Source: Phyllobates terribilis (lineage: Eukaryota). Taken from it: a stretch of DNA of 64,000 nucleotides. The stretch lies in the NCBI RefSeq assembly GCF_046119375.1, contig NW_027362767.1:295554001-295618000 (forward strand). Direction: 5' to 3'. Position numbers and translations under genes: made by a program. Below the pieces are notes generated by a model. That model was given only the letters and a program-made list of their open reading frames with translations, did no database searches and was not told where the DNA came from. Shown piece by piece: positions 22,399-35,000 of the stretch. Within the stretch, counting starts at the first letter, position 1; each line of letters begins with the position of its first letter.

Positions 22399-23604
22399 TG
22401 TGGCGCCCCTGAGGGTTCGGTCGCCACAGAGGTATTGCATCTAAACCAGAGGTGTGGTATCTCACTGTCAGGTAAGGAAGGAGTATGGCTCAGGACCCTA
22501 ACACTACATCCACTACACCACATTTCCGGGGGACAGGGCGAGAATGCTCCTATGGGAGAGCACAAGTGTCCCTGATCCTGGCTGGAGTGGGGAGGAACCA
22601 CTTAGAGAGGGGGAACTAAGTAGTGAATGGGTGGAGGACGTAGATCCTGGGCGCACTGAGTAGGAGCATATAAAAGAGAGTAGCCATCTTAGATGAGTGT
22701 TCAGTCAGAGGAGGAGAGTGAGAGGAGCAGAGCCTCTGCAGGAGCTCTGCTCCAGAGGCGGGCCTAGCCACTGAGGCCCAAGTCTGAGAGGAGAAGAGGA
22801 GAGGGAGCAGGAAAGGCTCCAGGACAGGAACCGAAGGGACCCTAGGGGTACAGGCCGTACAGCTGCCACCCGTACACCCGCCGCTGCCAGGAGGTAGGGG
22901 GGTCAGGCCAGAAGAAGGGAACCGGATCCCTCAACCAGCAGAGACTACAGGGCTCAACTGGGAACCGGAGGCTGCAGCACTTCAAGTACAGCAGGCCACC
23001 CGCACCAGCCACTAGGAAAGTAGCCACATAGGGCCAGGGACAGAACACACGTCGCCCGCCAAGGCCCGAGGACACTGGACAGTGGTGCCGCTAGGTGTGA
23101 GGTACAAGGAGAGAGGCCAGAGAGGACACACTGAAGGGGGGTCCTGCTAAATGCTCCAGAAATACCTGAGGGTCGACCAAGCCCCTTATTGCATGAGCAC
23201 AGGACGCTGTGGGCTCTTACACTGGCCCTGTAACTGGAACTGCCTAACTGTGAGTAAAAGATCTGGGACTGCATCATCTGGACTCTGTGATTCTTCTTAC
23301 ACCGCGACACCCTGCACTATCACCACCATCATCCATACACGCTGCCCTGAAGCTACACTCTTCCTGTGGGGAATTACACTACCTTGCTGCGCATATCATC
23401 AGCTTCAGTGGACTGCTCCGCAGCGGCGGTTACCAATGACCGCAATCCACAGGTGGCGTAGTCGGACTATATAACCTATACACATAGACTGCCACTGGTT
23501 TGACCCCCCTGGGTCACGGACCAGGTCACCGCCACGGTGCCTACTACTCCCAGCATCTACAAGGCCCAGCTCCGGGTATCCCCCACGGCCCAGGTGGCGC
23601 GTCA
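22399..23604 (+). mobile_element. Gypsy solo LTR (1206 bp) inside the hAT left end
   Basis: tgtggcgcccc...ggcgcgtca termini; 5-bp TSD tatgg at 22394-22398 and 23605-23609. Confidence 0.88.
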
Positions 23605-24431
23605 TATGGCACATTCGGATTCGTGATCGCAAAGGCGAACAAACTTTCTTAAAATCGGAAAAGTTCGACAAATTTGTGCGGGACTGCGAATACAGGGCAA
23701 CCACAGCGTTTTGAACAGTTTTGTTAGCATAGTGCAAGTGTATGATGAGCGGTGACATGTGCCAGGTGAGTGTGGGGGCTGTGGAGAGCTTAGAACAGGT
23801 CAGATCAGTGGCGCACTGTTTTTTCTTCCTGTGGGCGGTAACTTTAACTGAGGAAAGCGCGGCCAGCTAATCATAGCGCAGGAAGCATCTACACTGTCCA
23901 GACATAAGGACTTCTGCAATTGGCTGCAGAAATCGCATGTCGTCTCAATATAAAAAGCGGCCATGTTCCCTCAGCGCCATTATATCCATGTCACTGATGG
24001 AGACAGACGCAGCTCAGTGTTCTCCTGTGTAATGGGAGATATTAGCTGGCTAGATGGGCGCTTGTGTGGTAATCAGATAGTATAGATAATTCCTGGCCTG
24101 TGTACCTCTGCAACCGCTGGTGCAGCACATTTTTGTTGTTCTTGTGCAAGTACTGAGAGTCTGACAGAAACAGAGGGCCCATGCCATACAATTGTGCTGT
24201 GCACCGCTGGTATAGAGCTCCATGTCTCAGAATACCTTGAATCTTTTTTTGCACTTGCTAATGTGATCAAGCAAGCAAAGTTCACCTTTTCATTTAGTGG
24301 GGTTGAAATTGTGCTCTGCATAGTCTGCAGAGCTTCTTATTGCAGAGCTCAAAATCTGTTTTTTTTTTCTGTTGCTATTGTGATATTGAAAGCTGTGTGC
24401 ACTAAAGTTTTTTCTAGTGTCAGATACTATT

Positions 24432-24880
24432 TTAGTGGAGTTGAACTTCAGGTAGTTTCAGAGTAAAAAAATATTTTTTTTCTCTTGCTACGCCCAGTCC
24501 AAAAAATATTTTTCCTGCGCCAAAAGTCATACAGTGCTATAATCCAGCTACTATGTCAGTGGTGGTCAAATTCAGCTTGTACGCACAATCAAACCTATAT
24601 ATATTTTTGGTTGGCAGGCAGAGTCCACCAAAGGTTTTTTACTGTGGCAAAGTTGATCCAGTCTACTAAAAGGCAGATCCTATTTTAGTGGCGTTGAACT
24701 TGTCCTGGTTTCACAGTGAAAAAAACAAAACTTCTCTTACTAGGCCCAGTCCAAAAAATATTTTTCCCTGTGCCAAAAGTCATACAGTGCTATAAGCCAA
24801 CTACAACGTCAGTGGTGGTCAAATTCAGCTGGACGCAGAGCTTATGCAGAGTAACCCAAAATTATTTTTTGCTCTGAGTA
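24432..24880. repeat. ~253-bp imperfect tandem duplication in the hAT 5' region
   Basis: ttagtgg.gttgaactt...cccagtccaaaaaatattttt...gccaaaagtcatacagtgctataa...gtcagtggtggtcaaattcagct recurs near 24432 and 24685. Confidence 0.7.
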
Positions 24881-26525
24881 AAGTGATACAGCTGGCTAGA
24901 TCTGAGTTTGAAATATTTTGGAGCATATATTCTATGTCATACTGGCCTCATCCACATTCAGAAAAAAATGTCTTCTGTTCCTAAAGTAATACAGCAGGGG
25001 ACATCTCAGTTTGAAATTGTTTGGAGAATATCTCTTAGGTTTTATCGGCCTCATGCGCGCTAAAAAATGTATTTTGTCTGTTAGTAACGTTATACGGCAG
25101 GCCATATCTTACCTTGTCATTTAGTGTCGCTGAAATTCAGGTGTGTGCTGAGCTATTGCACAGGAAAAAAACATATTTTTCTTTAGTTATTTGCGTGCTC
25201 CTACCACTGTATCTGACCAACATGAGTGGGAAAAAGAGAGGGCGTGGTGGAAGGGGGAATAGGCTTGGTGCTCAAGTTGTACGCGGGGTACGTGGTAATG
25301 TTAGTGAAAGCACTAGTGAACCAACACAATCAGGTCCTATCCAAAGACAACTGACAACTTATGTTAGTGGACGGCCTACTGCACTACCCTCCTTTGGCAG
25401 CAGCACAGCGATACGCCTTGTTGATAAGGCCCAGAAAGAGCAGGTGCTCCAGTGGATGGCAAGCTCTGCTAATGTGGCACCCCAGGGGTCTGGTTTCCAC
25501 AGTAATAGCAATATTACGTCTGAGAGCAGGTGGGAGGTCTCCTGGCCAGGAATCCTAAGCATGCCACATCTCCTGCCCAGTCCTGGGAGGGGAAGAACTT
25601 CCCCTATATAAGACTGGGGCTGAGGCAGGGTTAGAAGGAGAGAAAGAGGAGAAGAAGAGTCCCAGACAGAGACATAGTCTGGTCTGGAGAGGAGCAGCTA
25701 TAGGAAAGAGAGATCAGGAGCTCTGTGGGAGCCGTGCTAAAAGAGGTCAGGGGCTGGAAGCTGTAGAGCTCGCCCTGATTGAAGAGTTCTCACCGGACCC
25801 GGAGTCCGAGGCTGTGGGGACTAATCCTTACCCAGCAGCAGAAACCGACCGGCAGGGGATTTCAGGTCCTCTGGCCAAGAAACCCGAAGGCACGGTCACA
25901 CGCAAGGGACCAGCACCGCCGTCGTGGAGCGGAAGCTACCAGAAGGCCCCGAGTCACCGGCCATACGGGTGAGCACCACACGGTACACTCAGGGACGTGG
26001 GCTACTTTTACCCGCCTCTAGCAAGGTAGCCAGAAGAGTACAATTAGTTGGGGAGGCCTACAACTCCGCCTGGCCAGGGGAGATCCCATCTGCTCACGGA
26101 CTGACCAGGCCCCGATCGCTAGCCAGTACTCCGGGAGGGTCTACCTTTGTCATCAGTAAAGACCCTGAACTACACCGCACCATCTCTGAGTGGTTCCTGC
26201 TACCTGCATGCTATTCTGCTACCCCCTTCTAACACGTCGGCTGCCCTGAGGCCATACCCCTCCCGTTGGGGGTTATACCATCTACGCTGCACAATCGTAC
26301 CACCGGCCTCAGCGGTCTGCCCTGCAGCGGCGGCCTCATAGCCGCATTCAACGGGTGGCGTAGTCGAACACCGTACCATCTTCTGCTAAACTCTGCCACT
26401 CAGCTTGACTCCCTGGGCACGGACCGGGTCACCGCCACGAGACTACTACCCCTATCAGATCCGGCTCCGGGTAGGCTCCCGCGTGCGCAACGCTGCGCGA
26501 CTCAGGCCCAGGGGCGCGTCAACTT

Positions 26526-26545
26526 TGGCGTAGTCGGCAGGATTC
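26526..26545 (+). promoter_or_regulatory. Primer-binding site, tRNA-Ser
   Basis: tggcgtagtcggcaggattc is complementary to the 3' end of vertebrate tRNA-Ser (…GAATCCTGCCGACTACGCCA); 4-nt spacer actt after the LTR. Confidence 0.9.
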
Positions 26546-26961
26546 CGTGCCCGCAACCACCGGGTACTGCGTGCCTGAAAGAAGACTGTTAAACTTACCT
26601 GTGGTGAAGATTCCCGCCATCCGGCGCCATCTTCTGCCTTCTTCCCGCCATCCGTGAAGTTTTCCCGCCATCCGGCGCCATCTTCTGCCTTCTTCCCGCC
26701 ATCCGTGGAGTTTTCCCGCCGTTGGACGCCATCTTGAAGACGCCGCGCGGGAAGAAGAGGGGCGTGGACTCTGAAAGCGCGCAAGAACTGAAGCCCCGCC
26801 TCACGTCAGGACGTTGCGTAAGGTCCTGGAAGGAGCCCAGCAGACGCCGGCGTCACAGGAGCGCGACGGAAGGTCCTCAAACCTGACGATCCACTGCGGA
26901 ACCGCGGCCTACGGAAGAGGATCATCGCAAGGTAGGCCACGGTCCACTAGGGGGGAGGAGG

Positions 26962-27942
26962 ATGTCGGATACGGAGGAGAGCTTCACTGCCACAACCACC
27001 GCCAGCGCCGCCGCTGCTGCGGTCATGCCTTTCACCATGCCCTATATCCCGGGGGCAGCCTGGCTACCCCAGTACTCAGGGGAGTCACATACCCTGAATG
27101 ACTTTAGAGAAAAGCTGGATAGCCTCTTCCAGGTGTACCCCCTCACAGAAGAGCAAAAAGTGAGCATCCTGGTGGCCCAACTAACCGGGGCAGCCCAAAG
27201 GGAGGTAAAGTCCTGGCCACCTGGGAGGAGGACTGTCGCAGGGATATTAACCCGGCTGAAGGACACCTTTGATACCCGCACCTCAGCCGAGATTAAGCTT
27301 AGATTCTACGGGTGCAAACAGCGAGCACATGAGAATATAAGGGACTATGCACTAAACCTACAAGAGGCCCTGAGAGCCATTAAGCAGACCGACCCTGACG
27401 GCGTGGGAAACGAGGACAGGCTGTTGACCGAGCAATTTATAGAGGGACTATATTGCAATGCCCACCGAACCCAGTTGCGGGCAATGGCCTTACAGGATCC
27501 TCATCTGGACTTTGCACAGTTCAAGGACAGAGCCATCCGGGTGCTCCGAGAACCGGCACCGGGTGGCGTGGTGACCCACAGGCGCTCTACTACCGCTTAC
27601 CACCAGGAGGCGGCGCCCTTGTCGGCAGGGCCTGTGGGAGCTGACGCGCAGGCTTTGAACAATGACCCGGCTCCAGACCTGCACCATCAGGTCCAAGAGC
27701 TAGCTAAAAGCGTTGCTGCGCTAACCCGAACTGTGCAGTCTTTACAGGTTTCTGCTCCAGGGAAGATCCAGCTGGCATCCGGACCGGAGGACATCCCGTG
27801 GCGTCGACCAAGGAGGACCCCACCGGCCAGAGGAAGACCCAGCGACCGATACAACGAGGACGGACAACCCATCTGCCGCCACTGCAATCAACCCGGACAT
27901 ATGGCAAGGTACTGTCCTTTAAACTGGCACAACCTGGGGTAG
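26962..27942 (+). CDS. gag: gag of element A (PNMA-like capsid, CCHC knuckle), intact 326 aa
   Basis: Uninterrupted ORF; QRAHENIRDYALNLQ, LTEQFIEGL and CRHCNQPGHMARYC motifs. Confidence 0.9.
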   Translation: MSDTEESFTATTTASAAAAAVMPFTMPYIPGAAWLPQYSGESHTLNDFREKLDSLFQVYPLTEEQKVSILVAQLTGAAQREVKSWPPGRRTVAGILTRLKDTFDTRTSAEIKLRFYGCKQRAHENIRDYALNLQEALRAIKQTDPDGVGNEDRLLTEQFIEGLYCNAHRTQLRAMALQDPHLDFAQFKDRAIRVLREPAPGGVVTHRRSTTAYHQEAAPLSAGPVGADAQALNNDPAPDLHHQVQELAKSVAALTRTVQSLQVSAPGKIQLASGPEDIPWRRPRRTPPARGRPSDRYNEDGQPICRHCNQPGHMARYCPLNWHNLG

Positions 27943-30900
27943 AGGGCCAACCCCTAGGAATAAGATCACCAGGCCCATCGAACTGGCGTGACAAATACGA
28001 GGGAGGACGTCCAGTCTTGCCTGTGGTACTGGATGGCATTCCTATGAGTGCCCTACTTGACACCGGGTCACAGGTCACCACCATCCCGTATGTGCTCTTC
28101 AAGCAGTACTGGAATGACTCGGATATAACCCGCTACCCTGACGACGACTTGAGTATCATTGCCAGCAATGGTCAGCCCGTGCCACAGATCGGATTTAAAG
28201 AGATGACCATTAAAATCGGTAGAGTCGAACTGGCAGCACAGGGACTGATCATTGTAGATATTGACAAGCGCGAGAGTCACCCAAAGATAACTCTAGGAAC
28301 TAATGTGATTAAAAATTGTCTTGCAGAGGTTCATTTCATTTTACAGCAGGTTGCCAAGAACGCCAGCTCCGGCCAGCAGCGAGTGCTCCAAAAAGAGATC
28401 CGGGCACTGATGCGGCGGCAACAGGTGGAACTCTCCGGTGGTGAGATAGGAAGCGTGAGAATGTGTGACCCTTTCCCTATTGCCATGCCCCCGAAAAGTG
28501 AAATGATGATTTGGTGCCGGGCAGCTATTGGTCTGAGAGGTAGAGATTACCAGGCAATGGTAGAACCAGTCTACTCAGACAGTAGGCCCACCATTTTGAC
28601 GGCACGGGGGGTGGTTGATGTACGCCATGGGAGGGTGCCCGTTCGCATAATAAATATCGGGAAGAGGGAAGTATACTTGCCCCGGTATGCCACGCTAGCC
28701 AAATTGTATACCATCGACCAAAATTCTGTACAGTCAGTGGAACCCTTGCCTCCATCTCACCCAGAGGAAGGTAACGGCTCTAAGAAACCAATGGAGGACT
28801 GGTGTCAGCAACTACATTTGGGAACTGACTCCACTCCCTCACACCAGAAACAGGGAGTCTATCGGGTGGTTCAAGAGTACGAGAGAGTGTTTAGTAAACA
28901 CCCGTTAGACTTCGGGCGAGTAAAGGGGGTAGAACACCACATCCCCACGGGAGACCATCCTCCCATAAAGGAGAGATACCGACCCGTACCCCCTGCACAC
29001 TACCAACACGCCAAGGGGATGCTTAGAGACATGAAGGAGGCTGGAGTAATCAGGGATAGCTGTAGCCCCTGGGCAGCTCCACTAGTCTTGGTTAAAAAGA
29101 AGGACAACACCATGAGAATGTGTGTAGATTACCGGAAAATCAACCGTATCACACACAAAGATGCGTACCCCTTACCAAGGATAGAGGAGTCTTTGGCTGC
29201 TTTAAAATCTGCTAACTTCTTCTCCACTTTGGATCTCACTAGCGGGTACTGGCAGGTTCCTGTAGCAGAGGCGGACCGGGAGAAGACCGCATTCACCACC
29301 CCGATGGGACTTAGCGAGTTTACCTGCATGCCGTTCGGACTCTGCAACGCACCAGGAACCTTCCAACGATTGATGGAATGCTGTCTGGGACACCGAAACT
29401 TCGAGACGGTCCTGTTATACCTGGACGATGTCATCGTCTACTCCAAGACCTACGAGGACCACCTGAAACACCTGGCAGAAGTGTTCGAAGCCCTGGCAAA
29501 CTACGGCCTAAAGGTGAAACCCTCCAAGTGTCACCTCCTGAAACCAAAGGTGCAGTACCTGGGACACGTGGTGAGTGCTGACGGAGTGGCTCCCGACCCT
29601 GATAAGATCACCGCAATTAAGGAATGGCCAAGCCCCTCCAGCGTAAAGGAAGTGCGGCAGTTCCTCGGGTTGGTAGGCTACTACCGAAGATTCATTCCCG
29701 GTTTCACCAAAAAGGCAGCTCCTATGCAGGACCTCCTGATAGGCCAGTCCAGGAAGGCCAAGAACCAGAAGCCACCCTTCAGATGGGAGAAGCTGGAAGA
29801 AGAGTCCTTCCGCCAGCTGAAGATGGCCCTCACGGGGGATGAAATCCTGGCGTACCCTGATTACAGCCAGCCCTTTATCCTCTACACCGACGCAAGTAAC
29901 ATCGGGCTAGGAGCCGTACTGTCCCAGATTCAGCAGGGGAAAGAACGGGTAATTGCTTACGCCAGCCGAAAACTGCGACCCACCGAAAGAAACCCTGAGA
30001 ATTACAGCTCATTCAAGCTAGAGTTCCTGGCAGTGGTGTGAGCAGTCACCGAACGCTTTAGGCACTACCTCGCCTCTTCCCGGTTCACCGTGTACACGGA
30101 TAACAACCCGTTAACACATCTGGACACTGCAAGACTCGGTGCCCTGGAGCAGAGATGGATGGCCCGCCTGTCCAACTATGAGTTCACGATCAAATACCCG
30201 GCAGGACGCTCCAATACCAACGCGGATGCCTTGTCCAGAATGCCAAACCTACCGGACGTAGGGGAAGATCCAGAGGAACTGGAAGAAGTTGAACTCCCCG
30301 CGTTCCACCGTCATGGGACTATCCAGTATTCCCACCGTGTAAGGGGTAAGCAATCTGCTACGTTCAACCCCTTACCTCATTACAACTGGGCGGAAACGCA
30401 AGACAGTGACCCCGCCGTCCGACTGGTGAAGGAGATGCTGACTCAGCCAGATGCCCGCCTTGACCCAGACGCTCCGGAGGAGGCCAAGCAACTGTGGGTT
30501 GAGAAGAGTCGACTGTTCCTTTACAAGGGGAAGTTGTGCCGCAGAATGGTTAACTCCCGGACGCATGAACTGATCTGGCAAGTAGTGGTGCCAAGAAGAG
30601 ATGCGGCTATGGTACTGGAGGCATACCACAACGGAGCTGGGCACTTCGGATGGAAGAAGCTGGAGTTCCTGCTGCGCGGGCGGTTCCATTGGGTAGGCAT
30701 GAGAGGAACCATCGAGAGGTGGTGCAGAGACTGTGGCCCATGCAACCTAAGAAGGAAGGACCGTGCTAGCCAGAAGACTCCCCTGCAGTCCATCGTCACC
30801 AAGCAGCCGTTGGAACTGGTAGCCTTGGATCATGTAAAACTGACCCCCAGCAGAAGTGGCTACGTCTATGCGTTAACCATCGTGGATCACTACTCCCGGT

Positions 30901-32054
30901 TCTTGGTTGTCGTCCCCGTCAAGGACTTAACGGCTCAAACAGCAGCTAGAGCCTTCCAGCAGCACTTCTGCCGTCCACACGGATACCCAGAGCAGGTGCT
31001 GACGGACCAGGGACCTGCCTTTGAAGCGGAGGTCTTCCAGGAGTTCTGCACTCTGTATGGCTGCCGGAAGATAAGAACAACACCCTATCATCCACAAACC
31101 AATGGACTCTGCGAGAAAATGAACCAGGTGGTGATAGACCTTTTGAAAACATTGCCCCTGGAAGAACGCAGTCTGTGGCCTGAGAAACTGCCTGATCTGG
31201 TGGACCTATACAACCACATCCCTGTAGGTTCTACCAACTGTACACCGGCTTACCTAATGAGAGCAAGACCTGGTAAGCTGCCTGTTGACCTGGATATGGG
31301 AGTCCTGACACCCGAGGACACTTCACCAGAAGCAGACTGGGACACAGAGAGGCAGCAGCAGTACCGGAAAGTACAGGAGAGCGTGGAGCGAAGTCTCTGT
31401 CAAGCTAGAGAAAGACAGGAGAAGACTTACAACCAGTATGCTCCCGCTGTTCCCCTGGTACCTGGAGAGCAGGTCTTGAAGAGGAAGAGACGGCTCCACA
31501 AGTTGGATGACCAGTGGGAGAAGGACCCGTACACCGTACTGCCCTCAAGCCATGAGAACCCGAAAGTCTGCACAATCAGTAAGGATGGAGGAGAAACCAC
31601 AGCCATTGTATCCCGAGATCACCTGAAGAAGTGTCCCGAACAGCTACGGAACCCTGAAGAAGAACAGGAAGACCCTCGACCCGCAGAGGAAAGGGAAGAT
31701 ATGGTCAGTACTGTGCTCGGAGACTTCCCTCGGTCTTGGACTCAAGTCAATGGCGCTGTTGTGGTACCCGTCCTCACCTTCCTCCAACCAGCATCTCAAG
31801 TACCTACGGAGAAACAGGTAGAGCTGGAAGAGCAGCCGGTCCAGGAGGCAGAAGACCCCACACAAGCAGACCAGGAGGATCAACCCTCTGCTTATAGTGA
31901 GCCTGTCGTGCCCCTAGTGAGCCAAAGAGCTCGTAGACAGCTGCCCAGTTTACCTTTGACAGCCCCTACACCCTGTAACTCAGGACCAGTCAGTCAGCTC
32001 CGTAGGTCTACTAGGGTCACTAGAGGCCAGTTGCCCGTACGTTGGAGGATTTAA
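27918..32054 (+). pseudogene. pol: pol of element A (PR, RT, RH, IN), -1 frame to gag, one premature TGA at 30039-30041
   Basis: LLDTGSQV; YLDDVIV; LYTDASNIGLG; HNGAGH...CGPC; VALDHV...LTDQG...CEKMN. ORFs 27798-30041 and 30090-32054 share one frame. Confidence 0.93.
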
Positions 32055-35000
32055 AGTGCTCAAACTGTTTTATTTGTATTTACCTGTTTATTGTTGCTTG
32101 TGAATAATTGTGTATTTCTAGTTATTTTATAGGTGTCGTTTATGGATTATCCGGAATCCTTTGTACATATGTTTGGAGCGTAACCCAGGAACGGACTAAA
32201 GACTGTTAAAGACTCGGGGCAGGACAGACCCCTACCTGGTTACGGCTCCCTGTTCTTTGGTGGAATGGACACCCTTGTTTTCTTCAAAAACTGCACCCGG
32301 TTGCGGACACGCCGTGACCATCCTAATGTGTTTTTCTTTATTGTACTGTTTCTGTTTATAACTTGTTATGTTTACAAAAGTATGTTTAGTCCCGGAGTAC
32401 TAAATTTCACTAGGGGGGAATGTGGCACCCCAGGAGTCTGGTTTCCACAGTAATAGCAATATTACGTCTGAGAGCAGGTGGGAGGTCTCCTGGCCAGGAA
32501 TCCTAAGCATGCCACATCTCCTGCCCAGTCCTGGGAGGGTAAGAACTTCCCCTATATAAGACTGGGGCTGAGGCAGGGTTAGAAGGAGAGAAAGAGGAGA
32601 AGAAGAGTCCCAGACAGAGACATAGTCTGGTCTGGAGAGGAGCAGCTATAGGAAAGAGAGATCAGGAGCTCTGTGGGAGCCGTGCTAAAAGAGGTCAGGG
32701 GCTGGAAGCTGTAGAGCTCGCCCTGATTGAAGAGTTCTCACCGGACCCGGAGTCCGAGGCTGTGGGGACTAATCCTTACCCAGCAGCAGAAACCGACCGG
32801 CAGGGGATTTCAGGTCCTCTGGCCAAGAAACCCGAAGGCACGGTCACACGCAAGGGACCAGCATCGCCGTCGTGGAGCGGAAGCTACCAGAAGGCCCCGA
32901 GTCACCGGCCATACGGGTGAGCACCACACGGTACACTCAGGGACGTGGGCTACTTTTACCCGCCTCTAGCAAGGTAGCTAGAAGAGTACAATTAGTTGGG
33001 GAGGCCTACAACTCCGCCTGGCCAGGGGAGATCCCATCTGCTCACGGACTGACCAGGCCCCGATCGCTAGCCAGTACTCCGGGAGGGTCTACCTTTGTCA
33101 TCAGTAAAGACCCTGAACTACACCGCACCGTCTCTGAGTGGTTCCTGCTACCTGCATGCTATTCTGCTACCCCCTTCAAACACGTCGGCTGCCCTGAGGC
33201 CATACCCCTCCCGTTGGGGGTTATACCATCTACGCTGCACAATCGTACCACCGGCCTCAGCGGTCTGCCCTGCAGCGGCGGCCTCATAGCCGCATTCAAC
33301 GGGTGGCGTAGTCGAACACCGTACCATCTTCTGCTAAACTCTGCCACTCAGCTTGACTCCCTGGGCACGGACCGGGTCACCGCCACGAGACTACTACCCC
33401 TATCAGATCCGGCTCCGGGTAGGCTCCCGCGTGCGCAACGCTGCGCGACTCAGACCCAGGGGCGCGTCACTTCCAGTGCCCTCTCCTCTTCTTCCTCCAC
33501 CTCAACATCACACGCAGTAGAGTCCACAGAAGTGGCACCCCAATTACCCATGCATCCCCCCGCGTCACAACAGCCCAACTGACTGTAGCGAACCACAGAT
33601 GGAGTCTGTAGAACTCTTCACCCATTCTACACCATGGGCATCAGAAGTATACTCCAAACAGTTACAAAGTCAAGGGGAGGAAAGCATCTGCACCGATGCC
33701 CACATTTTTTTTAGCTTGGATTCGGGGCATGACGAAGTAGGGTCCGAGCAGGTTCCTGACCCTCGTCACCAGACGGTAACCGCAGTGGAGGGAAGTGATC
33801 CCGATGAGACTGATACCTGAGGCTCATGCTTACTGTACTGTGCTGTCAGGGCAACAAGACGAGAGGGGTCACTCTGAGGGCGAGGAATGGGATAACACAC
33901 TGGATGATGACGAGGGTGAAGATCCTACTTGCACGCAGCCGAGTAGCTCATCTGAGGAGGAAGACGAGGAGGTTACATTTCGCCCTACGGCGCAGACACG
34001 GAGTGATGCAAGCACGAGGAGCACTGCATCCTTAGCCACAACCGTTGCCTAGCATGGGCCTTTTTTGTCACTGCAAAGGATGAGGCAACTCACGTTATCT
34101 GCAAACTTTGAGATAAAAAACTCAGTAGAGGGAAAAACTGAAATAATTTGACTATTACATGCATGAATGTACACATGCTCAAACAACATTCTTTATGTTG
34201 GGAATCTTACAGCACTGAAATGCGGACCAGGGCACCTCAACAACCATCAGCTGCCCCATCAAACGCATCCGCTGCTTCTTCCTCCTCCTCTCTTACCGTG
34301 CCAAGTATTGTCACGCAGGTCTCCCATCGCAGAAACTCCGGTTCTTTACCCGCTCCAGTCAGGCTGAGTGACAACCCGTCAGCTGTAATGGAAGAGGACA
34401 CGCCTGCTGTGTTTAGTTCAACAAGCACACCGCATGTTTCTCAATCCACCGTAACATCTGCACCTCACTCATGCTTCACCAGTTTTTCCGGTTCACCATA
34501 CTCCGCCCTCTCTTAGTACCTTAACCAGCCCTCGGTCCCCCAGTTGTGGTCACATAAAAGATTGTTTCATCCTACGCATGACAAAGCAAAGAGGTTGAAC
34601 TCCACCATCTCCAATCTGTTAGCCACGGAAATGCTGCCATTCCACCTGGTAGATACAGACGGTTTCCGAAAACTGATGGCCGTCTAAGTCCCCCAGTACC
34701 AGTTGCCCAGTCGCCATTACTTCTCTAAGAAAGCTGTGCCTGCGCTATGCATGTCACAGACAACATCACCCGTTTCTTGTCTAAATCTACGTGTGCCAGG
34801 GTGCATTTCACCACAGACACCTGGACGAGTAAGCATGGCCAAGGGTGTTACATCTCGCTGACTGGGCACTGGGTGATTCTGGTGGCTGTGGGGGCAGGTG
34901 GGGAAGAGGCTGCTCCACAAATCTTGGAATCCCCAAGGCTTGCAGAAGAAACCTCTATATTTCCCACTTCCTCCACTGCTTCTGTGTCCTCCATCTTCTC

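Larger units (their letters stand above)
25473..33469 (+). mobile_element. Young full-length Ty3/Gypsy LTR retrotransposon (element A)
   Basis: 1049-bp LTRs at 25473-26521 and 32421-33469 (about 7 substitutions seen by eye). tRNA-Ser PBS; PPT aggggggaa at 32412-32420. gag plus pol in order PR-RT-RH-IN. Confidence 0.97.

Noticed and set aside
32872-33582. 236-aa ORF across the 3' LTR of element A into the hAT
   Set aside because: The 5' LTR copy has a stop in the same frame; a GC-rich chance ORF crossing an insertion junction.
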